DNA of 64,000 nt from the human T2T-CHM13v2.0 reference genome, Homo sapiens (GCF_009914755.1 NC_060939.1), one strand, 5' to 3'. Shown: positions 1 through 15,151, counted from the stretch's first letter. Notes: generated from the letters alone by a model not told the origin. A program made the numbers and translations.

Positions 1-41
1 CAAAGTGCTGGGATTACAAGCGTGAGCCACCTCCCCTGGCC
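1..41 (-). mobile_element. Alu 5' end (cut by window edge)
   Basis: caaagtgctgggattacaagcgtgagccac is the reverse complement of the Alu left-arm start. Confidence 0.9.
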
Positions 42-1039
42 CGAAAATGTTTATTTTTAAATAATTTCAAACTTACAGAAATATTGCAAGAATAATAAAA
101 AGAACTCCTGATTCTTTTCATCCAAATTCACCGTTTACTAACCTCAGTGAGAGCAGGAACTGTATATTTTATTCTTAGTGTCTGGCACATAGTCAGTATT
201 CAATAAATTCATGGAAGAAATTAATCTGTGTGTGAACTGAGGAGGAAGTAATGAAGGGCCCAGCTTCTGGTTAAACAGAGTGGATGGAATACAAATGTTA
301 CCTGTACTTCCTCCCAAATACTCAAATAAGTATTAAAGATATATATATCTGGAAGCATAAATCTGTAAGGACAAAGAGAAGATATGACAGTGGCCAAAAC
401 TGACTTGGCAGCCCTAGTAATGTGAACCTTAGAAAAACAGCCCAAAATAAAGGCTCAGGCAAAGGAGGCAGAGGTAGGGCTGAAAAATCTCAGAAAGAGC
501 AGTTAGTCACTCCCCCTCATCTCCTGTCCAACACAATAAATCACATAACCAACACTCCTTCCAACACCAGCAGAAAATCTCTAGAGAAATGCATTCAACT
601 GATAATCGGGCAAGCAATTCCTGGATGCCAGGCTCAGTTCTAGATGCCCAGAAATCTCCAAGGGAACAAAGCTTAGTCCTGCCCTCATGGAACTTACATT
701 CTATTGGGGAACCACAAGCAGGAGGATCTGTGTTAGCTCAGATGTCATGACTGCTATGGCGCAAGAGGAAGCAGGCCGGTGGGTAGGAAGCGTGGGGCAG
801 TTTTTGCTACAGAGCAGAGATCTAAAAGGAAGGAGAAGTGAGTGATGCACAGGACAAGGGAAACAGCCCTCCAGACAGAGAGCAGCAGGTGCACATACCT
901 CAGGATGGACGCATAATTAAAGAGGGTACAGCAAAGTAGCTGCGGTTGCGGGGAGCGGTTAGGCAAGAGTAAAAGGGCAGCAGAGAAGTCACAGATGTAG
1001 TGCGGGCTCGGTCACAGGAGGAGCAATCTGAGCAATGAT

Positions 1040-1200
1040 TCCTCTGCTCAGCTGCACACTGGACTCACCTGGAGAGCTTTAAAACACTCAAGAGTCCCAC
1101 CAGAGTTTCTGATTTGAAGTTTGATTGGTATGAGGTGTGGCTGGTTGTCAGCAGTTTCACAATTTCCCCAGGTGGTTCTCATCTGTAGACAGGTTAGGGC
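1040..1200. mobile_element. MER5-like hAT-Charlie DNA transposon
   Basis: gctgcacactggactcacctggagagctttaaaa...ccaccagagtttctgatt...ccccaggtggttctcat resembles the MER5 consensus. Confidence 0.6.
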
Positions 1201-1626
1201 CATGGAATTAGAGGAACTCTGGATGCAGGGACCCCAAGCATAACTGGTGGAAGAGGTGGAGGGGGCTCCACTGGAAACAGGAAGATAAAGTAGAGGGTGT
1301 CCAAAGTCAAGCGCAAGACTCCAGCCTCTCCAAGACTCCTTTCCCATCTAACTCTGGGACACCACGGACAGAAAATGCTGGCTTCCAGACAGACTCACAT
1401 GCCTCTGTTGCAGATTGGTGTGGGCAAAAACCAAACAACGAATGCTCCCAGCATGAGGAAGAGAAAAGCCAAACGGGGTGCTCCTAGTGTTTTAATTCCT
1501 TGAAAACTGAGAGGTAAACCCCAACCAATGAATAGGAAAAGTAAAAAACCATCATGAGAGACTGAAAGAAAAAGATAAGCAAAATAGAAACATCTGTAAT
1601 ACGTAGATGCGTTTGGGGACCACATC

Positions 1627-1944
1627 CAGTCATCCCACCATATAGGAGGCAGGGGGCCAGGGAGGGAGAGGTTGGTTCCAGAACCCCTGAGGATACCAAA
1701 ATCTGTGGATGCTCAAGTCCCTGACACAAAATGGTGAAGTATTTGGATATAACATACAACATCCTCCTGTACACTTCAAATCACCTCTAGATTACTTATA
1801 ATAATTAATATAACATAAATGCTATGTAAATAGTTTTACTATTTTTTTATATTATTTTTATCTTTTGAGTTTTTAAAAATATTTTTAATCTGCTGTTGGC
1901 TGAATCTGTGGATGCAGAACCTTCAGATACAGAGGGTCAACTGT
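1627..1944 (-). mobile_element. MER2 (TcMar-Tigger) DNA transposon
   Basis: CAG...CTG termini; diagnostic ggataccaaaatctgtggatgctcaagtccct and tctagattacttataata. Confidence 0.8.
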
Positions 1945-2246
1945 AATTAAATAAGCAATTTAACTGAGTGGTATCATCCCTCAGACTCCCTTTGAAAGTC
2001 ATTTGAAACAAAAATTATGGCTATGCCATGTCTGTAATGGATGGAAAATATTACAGCAATAGATTTCTGCTAGGTAGAAAATACATGAACAATTCTGCTT
2101 TAAAGGTTTTTAAGAATGGCATTAAAAATCTTTTCAAACTGTAAGTGTAAACACACTCAAGTATATATACAATTAGATCTTCATCTGAGACCACATGCTA
2201 TCTCTGAAAACATCCAACATATTTATGAGAGTATCAAACAATGTCT

Positions 2247-2551
2247 ATTTTTTTTTTCTTTTTTTTTTTTTTTGAGATGGAGTCTCGCTCTGTCTCCCAG
2301 GCTGGAGTGCAGTGGCATGATCTCGGCTCACTGCAACCTCCGCCTCCCAAGTTCAAGCAATTCTCTGCCTCGCCCTCCTGAGTAGCTGGAATTACAGGCA
2401 CCCGCCACCACGCCCAGCTGATTTTTGTATTTTTAGTAGAGACGGGGTTTCACTATCTTGGCCAGGCTGGTCTTGAACTCCTGACCTTGTGATCCACCCG
2501 GCTCGGCCTCCCAAAGTGCTGGGATTACAGGCGTGAGCCACCACGCCCAGC
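2247..2551 (-). mobile_element. AluS, full length
   Basis: Poly-T followed by gagatggagtctcgctctgt...gcgtgagccaccacgcccagcc. Confidence 0.95.
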
Positions 2552-2807
2552 CTATTTTTTATATTTTAAAAGTAAAATTTAAATATCTAAGTGTCTAAAG
2601 ATCATCAGTATTTTAAAGATGCAAGGAAGCATAAAAATAAAGTAACAATACTTTTTAATAAGTGTTAGTATCTTTTAATAAATATCTAAATATTTAGATA
2701 CCTAAATAAAGATACTAAAAATGTAAGACAAAGAAGTCATCACTGTGTCACTCACGAACACTACAGCAGGAGTTTGAGAACCCAAGGATGCACAGGATAA
2801 AGGATAA

Positions 2808-3146
<339 letters not shown>

Positions 3147-3191
3147 TAAATATGACAATTCAATTCAACTCATTTCAACAAACAGTTCTTC

Positions 3192-3477
<286 letters not shown>

Positions 3478-4666
3478 AAATAAGTCTAATGTTCAACAGC
3501 ACAGTAGGGGGTCTATAGTTATCGTTAATTTACGCTATATTTCAAAATATCTATAAGATTTGGGATGTTCTCTATACAAAGAAATTCTTAATGTTTGAGG
3601 TGATGGATATCCTAATTACCCTGATTTGATCATTATTCATTGTATGCATCAAAATATCAAGTATATTCCATAAATATGTATAATTATTATGCATAAATTT
3701 TTTAAGTGGATTAGTCGTTGCCTGAGGCTGGGTGTGGGAAGGGGAAGTGACTGCAAATGGACACGAGGTTTCTTTTCTGGGTGATGGAAACATTGTAAAA
3801 TTAGACTGGGGAGATGTTGCATGATTTTCTGAATTTACGAAGAAATCACTGAATTATACTCTTAAAATGAGTAAATTTAATGATATGTAAATTATATCTC
3901 AATAAAGCTGTTTTTAAAAATAAGCCAAAAGATAATTGGTACAGCTATTATGGGAAACAGATGGAGGTTCCTCAAAATATTAAAATGGGAACTACCATAT
4001 GATCCAGCAATCCCACTTCTGGGTATACGGCCAAAATGAAATCAGTATCTCGAAAAGATACCTGCACTCCCATGTTCACTGCAGCACTATTCACGATAGC
4101 CAAGATACAGAATCAACCTAAGTGTCTATCAAGGGATGAATGGATAAAGAAAATGTGATACATATATACCATGGAATATTATTTAGCCATAAAAAAAGAA
4201 GGAAAGCCTGCTATTTGCAACAATGTGGATGAACCTGGAGGACATTATAATAAGTGAAATAAGCCAGGCACAGCAAGACAAATATTGTATGATCTCACTT
4301 ATATGTGGACTAAGAGTCAAATCCACAGAAGCAGAGAGTAGAACAGTGGTTGCCAGAGGCTGGAGTGTGAGGGAAATGGGGAGATGCTGGTCAAAGGGTA
4401 CAAACTTTCAGTTATGAGTAAGTTCTGGAGATCTAACAAACAGCATAGTGACTATAGTTAATATTACTCTCTTACAATTTTCTAAGAGTTGTTCTTAGTA
4501 TTCTCACCACACACATACAGGGCAACCATGTGTAGTGAAAGGTGTGTTAATTTGATTGGTGATCATTACACTGTGTATACAAATATCAAATCATTACATT
4601 GTACACCTTAAATAGATACAATTTTTATATGTCAACTATACCTCAATAAGCTGAGAGGAAAAAAAG
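3478..4666 (+). mobile_element. Stack of old L1M (L1MA/L1MB-type) 3'-end fragments
   Basis: gaggtgatggatatcctaattaccctgatttgatc; tatatctcaataaagctg; ccatatgatccagcaatcccacttctgggtata; ORF 4223-4417 (WMNLEDIIISEISQAQQDKYCMISLICG) is the ORF2 C-terminus. Confidence 0.85.
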
Positions 4667-4682
4667 AAAGACATCAAGGAAA

Positions 4683-5454
4683 AAACCCACAAGGGTGAAC
4701 TTGTGAGAGGTGGAAGGAAACTAAAGCCAAAGCAAGATCTTGAAGAGCCTGTGTGGCATTCCTACCTACAGCACCAAAGGCTTTATAAAGGCCTGCATGT
4801 GGGAGGGAGGTAAATAATTTTTAGTCTCCTTGGCTCCACTTGCTTCAAAACATTCTTCAGAGTATTTCTAAAGTAACTTCTGGCTGGGTTCAGTGGCTCA
4901 CACCTGTAATCTCAGCACTTTGGGAGGCCAAGGCAGGAGAACAGCTTGAAGCCAGCAGTTCAAAGCCAGCCTGGGCAACATAATGAGACCCTGCCTCTAC
5001 AGAAAATAATAATAATTAGCAAGGCAGGGTGGCTGATGCTTGTAGTCCCAGCTACTCGCGAGGCTGAGGCAGGAGGATCACTTGAGCCCAGGAGCTCTGA
5101 GGCTGCAGTGAGCTATGATTGCACCACTGCACTGCAGCCTGGGCAATAGAGTGATACCCTGTCAAGAAAGAAAAGAAAGAGAAGGAAGGAAAGGAAGGGA
5201 GAGAGGGTGGGAGGAAGGGGAGAGGAGGGAAGAGGCGAGTGGGGGGAGGAAGAAAACAAACCCACAAGGGTGAACTTGTGAGAGGTGGCAGGAGACTTCA
5301 GCCAAGGCCAGATGTTAAAAAGCCTGTGTAGCATTCCTATGCGCAGCACCAAAACGTTTATAAAGGCCTGTGCGTGGGAGGGAAGTTAAGTATTTTTTAG
5401 TCTCTCAGGTACGCTTCCTTCAAAACATTCCTCACAGTATTTCTAAAGTAATTT
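4683..5454 (+). repeat. ~197-bp direct repeat (4683-4879 and 5258-5454, about 80% identical) bracketing an AluJ
   Basis: Both copies start aaacccacaagggtgaacttgtgagaggtgg (31 nt identical) and end cttcaaaacattcYtcaSagtatttctaaagtaa. Confidence 0.95.
4882..5257 (+). mobile_element. AluJ with a purine-rich degenerate tail
   Basis: AluJ diagnostics (ggaggatcacttgagcccaggag, gaggctgcagtgagctatgat) followed by an AAAG/AAGG/GGA tail. Confidence 0.93.
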
Positions 5455-5554
5455 ATTAACAATTAATAGTTTGACCATGTCAATTTAATACTTCTAGACA
5501 TTATTCCCAGAACCAAAAAGTCTAAACCAGCCTTCAAAAATTCCTTCATTTCAT

Positions 5555-5757
5555 ACACCGGGGCCTGTCAAGGGGTGGGGGAGGGAGGAGGGATAGCATT
5601 AGGAGAAATACCTAATGTAAATGACGAGTTAATGGGTGCAGCAAACCAACACAGCACATGTATACATATGTAACAAACCTGCACGTTGTGCACATGTACC
5701 CTAGAACTTAAAGTATAATAAAAAAAAAAAAAAGATGCAATTTGCCATCCAAAAAAA
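5555..5757 (+). mobile_element. Severely 5'-truncated L1PA 3' end with two poly(A) tracts
   Basis: L1PA 3' UTR ending ccctagaacttaaagtataata(A)n; TSD aaaaattccttc(a)tttcat at 5536-5554 and 5758-5775. Confidence 0.93.
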
Positions 5758-7083
5758 AAAAATTCCTTCTTTCATTCCCCTTTCCCTCCTCTAACAAATC
5801 TCATTATACCTTAGCCCACACTCTTCCATTTTTGTCAAACCTGTCTCCTTGAAGGCAAATAAGGTAGAAGATGGAGGTAAAGGCTACTTTATAAGTTACA
5901 GAACCATGTCTATTAACACAATACCATATATATAATGAATATAAAATAATGATAAGAAGAAATTGTTTAGGAAAGACCATACTAGCACAGAGGAAAGTTT
6001 GATAAATAGACTCAAAGTAAAAATGTATCTTTACTGAGAAGATGCTTCTATTTCTCAGAGAAATCACTCTCAACTCCATCTGGAAAGCTGGATAAGACCA
6101 AGGCCAAACATTAATTTCCTAAATACTTACTATACACAATGTACCATCCCCACCCAAGTAAGCAGAGCTCTAGAGCCCAAAAATCCATTTGATTTCAATA
6201 GCAAGATGTATAGATTATTCAGGGTTTATGTGGCTGCAGTAACAAAAGATATATTTTAGAACAAAATTCTGTCTGGTCTAGCTTTAGAAATAAATCTGCG
6301 CCAAGGTGGATATATAGATAACAGCAGCTCACAAACAGGTGGAAATGATATTATCTTCAATAGCAAGATAAGTCAGCCTGTCTTCCACATCAAAAAGGGG
6401 AAAAAAAATCACTCCAGGTTCAAAGGTATAGATAGAGGGAGTTGGAGGAGGCAAAGCATTAGCAAAGAGAGCAATATACCTTGCAACCTATTCCCCAAAC
6501 TATTAGAAGATGACTCCTAAATCTATCCTACTTTATCTGTCTAGATAGATGCTTATCCATAATTGGGACACCTGTAGTAACTTGGTTGCAGGAAATGAGA
6601 AATTAAGTCTCATCCACTGTAATTTCAGTATTTCTTCCCTTTCTGAGTCAGATACCAACATACTCAATGGCAATAAAATTACAATGATTCTCCAAAAAGA
6701 TAGGAAACCGCATAAATAATGAAAGAGTATTACGTCTTTTTTAAAAACTGGCTCCCAAAACAGCATAAATGAAAAAATAGATATTAAATATGCATTTTTT
6801 GTAATAACTACACAACTTTACCTAATCTTCTGAGATTGTTGAACTAGATGTGGAACTGAAACTATCCAACTGAGGAAAACAGCATGGACAAGAATTTACC
6901 AATCAACCAATAAGTATGTCTGAATGCCTAATAGGGCACTATACGAAGACATCTACATATGCCCAAAACACCAAGTTGGACAGGCCATACACCCTTGTCC
7001 ATAAGAGGCTAAAGAGAAAAAAAAAAAAAAACACTTCATTTCAACAACACATAGATCCCTAAGCATCCCAACATTTATATTAG

Positions 7084-8961
<1,878 letters not shown>

Positions 8962-10504
8962 AAGACTTTTCAATCTGCATCTATTCCCACAAACTCAACT
9001 CTTCTTAACTAAGATAAATAATATCTGAGTTATCAATATCAACATTTTCTCAATCATTAGATTTTCTACCCAGAAAAGTCCTTGAAAGGGCCACTGGAAG
9101 GTACCAAATGGCTATCTTTCTACAGCTTTGCACTGGAGTGAGTACAGGACATTTTGGATAATGCCCATCTGTACAAGAATTCAATATAAAATAAGCTTGC
9201 TTTTCAGATACCATAAAGAATACTATCTATCTGACACCACAGTATTGTCTTTTTTGTTTTAATTTTTTTAAAATGTAATCTATAACCTTAAGTGTCAGAA
9301 AATACTATACAATCTTTGCTGGTCAATATTCAAAGTATTCTATTAGGTGTACTTTTTTCCCTTAATCTTTTGTCTTAGTGACTCAAGGAACTATTGAAAT
9401 ATATTTGGGCATAGGGTTGAATTTTAAAAAAAAATCTAGATAGCAACCAAATTGTGAGTGAGAAGGAAAATGTAAATCAAGTTAACTTGTTGGTTTGAAC
9501 ATGTAATTACATTCTTTTTTAGGAATGTAAGCAAACAAGAATATCATTAAATATTTGGTGCTCTATTTGCCCCTAATATGTATAAATCTGCAGGCATAAT
9601 CCACAACGTACAACGCTTAAAACTATAATGTACCACACAGAATTATAACGTCCTAGACCAAAAGGTATCTCAAGCAGTTATCTATTTACCTCCAATACTA
9701 AACTAGTCAGGAAAAATGATAGTTTCATTTTAAAGAGTATTATGAATTTTAGAATTCTGAAAATAAAATGAGTGATGAGGCAGAAGTCATAGGAAGATAA
9801 GAAATGTCGGGGGGATGGGAATTAAAAAGAAAAGCACCATTCTGTTAAATTACATGCATTACTTGCTTTTCCAAAATTAAACACTAATAGTTAATCTCTC
9901 TCCGAATCAGTTACTTATGCTACCTTTGCAACCAAAGGGAGACACAAGCATGACTGCACATTTTTGTCCTAAGCATTCAGTGATGTAACGTAATTCACCA
10001 TAAGAAAAGCTACAAACAGCAATAAGCAGCTAAACCAGTAGAGATGTGTTTCATGTATTCAGCATCTTCATATATATTCTCCAAAAATTAAATTTAAGAC
10101 AACTGAAGAATATATCTTTAAACTATAATTTGTTAAGAGTGTTAAATTTTCATTCCATTAAAAATTCTATTTTAATGCTTCCTTAAATGGAAAATGCTGG
10201 GAATAATGTGACCTTTTGGGGTAAGTGACTCCCTTGGGCTGTTATCTGTAGGGCCGTCTGCCTCCGCGGTGACCAGCATTTGTAGTTATTGCGTGTAGCT
10301 ATCTAGTTTCCCTGCTTCTCCCATGACACTAGAGCGCCAGCTGTCGCTCCTTGCTAAAGTCAACACGCCTGCCCCTACATTAGCTCACCTATCCTGCTCT
10401 AATGTGCTGGCCCTACCTTTCCCATTTCCATCTCCCCGCTCCTCCAATTCCCCTCAACTTGAAATGCCCTTCTTCTCCAACACTGCGCATCCTCACTCTT
10501 GCCA

Positions 10505-11100
10505 GTGCAAAGTCTAATCAAACTTTCTGATCTGTCAATCTGATAACTGAAAATATGTATTTCAGTGTAATTAATTTGCATCTCTCCTATGAGTGCATTG
10601 AGCATCTTTTCACATGTTTAAGAGCCATTTGCATTTCATTTTCTGTGAACAGTCTGCTCATAGCCTTTGCCCAGTTTTAATAGGGTTGTTAAAACACATC
10701 ATATATATTGGAAACTAGTTCTCTGTAATGAGTCACCATCCTATCTCCCCTGCCCACACACACATAATCATTTATCTTTTGGCCTTGGTTATGGTGGGTT
10801 TTGCCATGCAGAAATTCGTCACTTTTAGATAATCAGATTTAACAGCCTTGTATTTCTGGATTTTGTCCAATATTTTAAAACACCTTCCCTATTCTGACAT
10901 TAGAAAAGAGTATGTCTATAATTTGTTCTAATATTTTTATTACATTAAGTTTTTGTTTTGCATTAAACTCTTTGGCACATGTTGACATCATCCTGATACG
11001 AGGTTTGAATACCAATTTTTTTCCCAGATGGTGAACTCCACTTGGACCAACACCATTTTCCTGACAAATCCATCTTTTTCCCCAGTGATGTGAAATGTTC
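10505..11100 (-). mobile_element. Old L1M ORF2 fragment
   Basis: ttaatttgcatctctcctatgagtgcattgagcatcttttcacatgtttaagagccatttgcatttc is typical antisense L1M. Confidence 0.7.
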
Positions 11101-11554
11101 GGGAGTTTTTTTTGGGTTTTTTGGTTTATGTCCTCATTGTCTGATATTTAGAATTTCTGGAAAAATAACATTCAGATAAACTAGGAGTAAGATAGTTTAG
11201 ATTTAAGGCACTGCCTTGCACCTTCTTAAAGTTTAATAATTTGTTTTACCTGTGAGCTCCTCAGGAACAGTACTGGGAGCCACGTGCCCTTCTATGGCTA
11301 ATATATGGTAAGTGCTTATTAACTGTTCTTTGAATGAATAATGAACTACATTTTTTAAATCTAAACATAGATTTCAATTCTCTTAGGATTTGGAAGAGTT
11401 CCACGGTCACTGTTATTTAGCCACACGTATATCCCAAAGGGTAACACTGCCAAGCTTCCTTGTCCATTAGAGACCTTTCTTCTTTGACAAAAAGTCCTTC
11501 AGTCTAGTCAATGTCTAGGATCTTCACTAGAGTCAATAAAAATTTAATCACAAT

Positions 11555-12335
11555 TTGACTACATTACAACCACTATGGAAAACTATTTTGGCAGTTTCTT
11601 ATAAAATTAAGCATAAATTTACCCTAGGACCCAACAATTCTACTCCTACGTATTTACCCAAGAGAAATGAAAACATATAACCACAAAAAGACTTGTATAT
11701 TAATATTCACGGAAGTTTTATTTATAATATCCCAAAATTGAAACTAAATCAAATGTCTGTCAACAGGAGAAATGATAAACAAATTGTGATCTAGTCACAT
11801 GATGGAATGCTAGTCAGCGGGTAAAAAGGAATAAACCCCATGCAACAACATAGGGGAATCTCAAAATCATTATATTGTATGAAAAAAAAAAAAAGCCAGA
11901 CATAAGCGAATACTGAATAATTCCATTTGTGCAGTCCAGGAATAGGCAAACTAATCACAGTGCTAGAAATCAGAACTGTGATTGCCTGGGGAGAGAGGCA
12001 AAAAGGGTGAAGAGGGCCTTTCTGGAGTGACAGTGGTATTTTATATCAGCAGTTTCCAAAGTGTGGTCCCTGAACCCAGTGGCACTTGGGAATTGTTAGA
12101 AAGTTGAATTCTCAGTCCTCACCCCAGATCTACTAAATCTGAAACTCTGAGTGGGAGTAGCAACTTACGGTCCGTCAAGCCATCCAGGTGTTTCTAATGC
12201 ACACTAAATATTAAGAACCACTATTCTATAACTTGTTTGTAGAAGTGGTTACACAGGTGTACATAAATTGTCAAAGCTTATCAAACTGTTAAGAGTTGAG
12301 CATTTTATATGTAAATTATACCCCAAATTTTAAAA
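11555..12335 (+). mobile_element. Old L1M 3' end interrupted by MER5A
   Basis: ggcagtttcttataaaattaagcataaatttaccctaggacccaacaattctactccta...tttacccaagagaaatgaaaacata. Confidence 0.75.
12047..12223 (+). mobile_element. MER5A DNA transposon
   Basis: cagcagtttccaaagtgtggtcc...ccccagatctactaaatctgaaactctg...taagaaccact. Confidence 0.8.
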
Positions 12336-12456
12336 TGTGGATGAACTTTTCAAAATATTATCTTTAACCAAATCTGTCTTCTCCTCCTGTTTTCCTTACC
12401 TTGATAAATTGCAAAATAATTCACCTAGACGCTTGAATAATAAGAAAACTTCTTCT

Positions 12457-12779
12457 CGCCATGCACTGTGGCTCACGCCTGCAGTCCCAGCCCTTTGGGA
12501 GGCAGAGGTGGGTGGATCGCTTAAGGCCAGGAGTTCAAGACTGGCCTGGCCAACATGGCGAAACCCCATCTCTACTAAAAATACAACAACAACAAAAAAA
12601 TCAGCCAGGCATGGTAGCACACATCTGTAATCCCAGCTACTCAGGTGGCTGAGGGAGGAGAATCACTTGAACTCAGGAGGCAGAGGTTACAGTGAGCCCA
12701 GATCATGCCACTGCACTCCAGCCTGGGCAAGACAGCAAGACCCTATCTCAAAAAAAAAAAAAAAAAGGAAAAGAAAAGA
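12457..12779 (+). mobile_element. AluS, full length
   Basis: Alu dimer; TSD aagaaaacttct at 12442-12453 and 12780-12791. Confidence 0.95.
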
Positions 12780-14524
12780 AAGAAAACTTCTTTATACACT
12801 TTTCCCCATACAGCCAATCACATCTGCTAAATTAACCTTTGAAACATGCCTCTTCTTCATTCCTAATCCTCTATTTATACTCTTTCTAATCCCACCATCC
12901 TAGTTCAACAGGCACCTTTGTTTATTTTACCTGGTCTGGTAGAATAGCATCCAGCTCTCATTTTCCAATTCATCCTCTAAACTGCTAGAGCTATTTCTCT
13001 ATGCCATAGGTGTGCTCGTGTCTTTTAGCTGCTTTTTTAAAGCTCACAGCTCCCCTCTATCTAGAGCATAAAATCTTCACTCCATAGTGGGGCACCAAAA
13101 ACCTTTGGTGACCTGCTTTCAGCCCATCCTATCCAGTCTCCTCTCAAGCCATTGGTCTCCTCAGACCTGGCACCACATCAACATCAGCAGGGTCAAGATT
13201 TTCCCAATATGCCAAGCATATGCTTGCCTCTGATTCTTCACTCAAGCTGCTTCTCACGTCTAAAATTCCATCTTCCCAACTTCCCTGCATGGTGCAATCC
13301 TAGCTACCCTTTAGTATCCAGTTGAAACATCACCTCATTTGTGAAAGCTTCCTGTCATCAAACCCAAGGCAGAATTAATTACTCTCCTCTCTGACCTTAC
13401 ATTTTCCTACTAGATAGAATAATTACCTGTTTATGCCATACTTTTTTAAATACGAATTTCAGTCTTCAAGGACCTGAATGTGCAGCAGTTTTAGGTAATC
13501 TCTTCATATCACTTCCCTGCTTATGACCTTTCAATAGGTCCCTCTTGTCTACTAAACAAAGTTCAGATTCCTCAGCAGGAAGTCCAATCCAAGTCTACCT
13601 TCAGGCCCCTTAATGCCTCTTTAACCTCTCTCACTACTCCCTACACTTCAGTCATAGCCACAGCCCTCCGAGCACCACACTCTTGAACCCCCAGACTCTA
13701 CCTATGGCCAGAGGGAGGCCCCCTCCTCTCTCCACACCAGTGCCCACTCCCCAACCCCTCTAAAGACAGGTCATTAGGTTCAAGCACTAAGAATAAGCAA
13801 CAAGAAAGGTCAGACACCAGGTGAACTGGAATGAGAACGAGGAAGAAGAGGAGGCAGAGCTGGTCCTTCTCAGCAAATGCTGGAGACATTATAAGGAGTA
13901 AAGCATGGTGTCTACACTGGAGAAACGTTAGTGGAGATCAGAAAGACATATAAACCAATTTCTACAACATGGAATGTGACAACAAAATGAATCCTATTAC
14001 AGCAGAAAGGATATATATCAAATACACAAAGAGACACATATGCAAAAAAATGAAAGGCATGTCATGGTGAGATTTAACCAAAAATCAAAAACATCACTAA
14101 GCAGAAGATGCCACTGAACTCCAACATCTGTGCAGTAGTGTATAACTACTGGATTCGTGTCGGATGACTTGCCTAAGGGTGAAAAGGCAAGGCAAGGGCC
14201 TTGTCGGATGACCCTTCAGAGCCTCAACTTCCTCTTTATAAAATAAGGGACCGTGATCAGATATGGAGGTTTCTTTTAGAAATAAAATACAAATTAACAA
14301 AAGCAGAAGCCTACAAACCAGATACACGAACCTCTTTCAGCACAGGGGGAGAGGTCAATGCCTTTTGGAGATTTAAGCATGAGGCAAAATCAAATTAATA
14401 AATAGAATTTTATATGTCACGTCTGTGAATGTGACATTGAATTTTAGGATCCTGAAAATTGCAGCTTATAATGGAACTGCTGACACAACCTCAACCATAG
14501 CAGCAAATGCACTACCACAATCAG

Positions 14525-14538
14525 GTTGTTATGGCAAC
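14525..14538. promoter_or_regulatory. RFX X-box motif in a candidate enhancer
   Basis: GTTGTTATGGCAAC fits the imperfect palindrome GTTRYY-AT-RGCAAC and lies in unique sequence. Confidence 0.5.
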
Positions 14539-14571
14539 TAGAATACTTAGGTTAAAATGAGGAAGAGAGTC

Positions 14572-14616
14572 TGTGTCTCGTGTGTGTGTGTGTTGTGTGT
14601 GTGAGAGAGAGAGAGA
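14572..14616. repeat. Compound (TG)n(AG)n microsatellite
   Basis: gtgtgtgtgtgtgttgtgtgtgtgagagagagagaga. Confidence 0.9.
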
Positions 14617-15151
14617 TTTTGTTGCCACTTCCACTAGAAATATTTTAAAAATGTTTTATATTTAATCTCAGAACTACATTCATCACTTAGCACATAAGTA
14701 TCTTATTAATGCTTTGGGATTAAAAAAAAGAACTTCTTAAAAAATAAAAATAAAATGAACTCTTTTGAAGGGGTTCAAAGAGCACCTAACCAATGTCTAC
14801 AGCTGACACAGCTTAACATACCTCCCTGACATCTCCAGATTAAACTAGCTATTTCCTCCTTCATGTGAGCCCCATTTTATCTTCTGCTGTATAGCGACTT
14901 GAGTATAACATAAAGATAACATTATTCCTTGATATGCTTGTCTTCCGCGGTCCATTCAGCTGTGTGGGAGCAGAGTTTATCCCTTAGTCATGCTCATATA
15001 TCCAGTGTCTAGAACAATGCACATGTTTTAGGTGCTAAACTGTTTGTTCAACTGAGGACTAAAGTACCAATCTTATCAAATTTTAAATATGAAGTCTTTA
15101 CATAAATAATGTAACTATTTTTACCTTATCAAATGTATTTCTGGTAAAAAT

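Noticed and set aside
1063-1072. Perfect minus-strand donor CAG|GTGAGT
   Set aside because: Lies within a MER5-like repeat with no convincing upstream acceptor.
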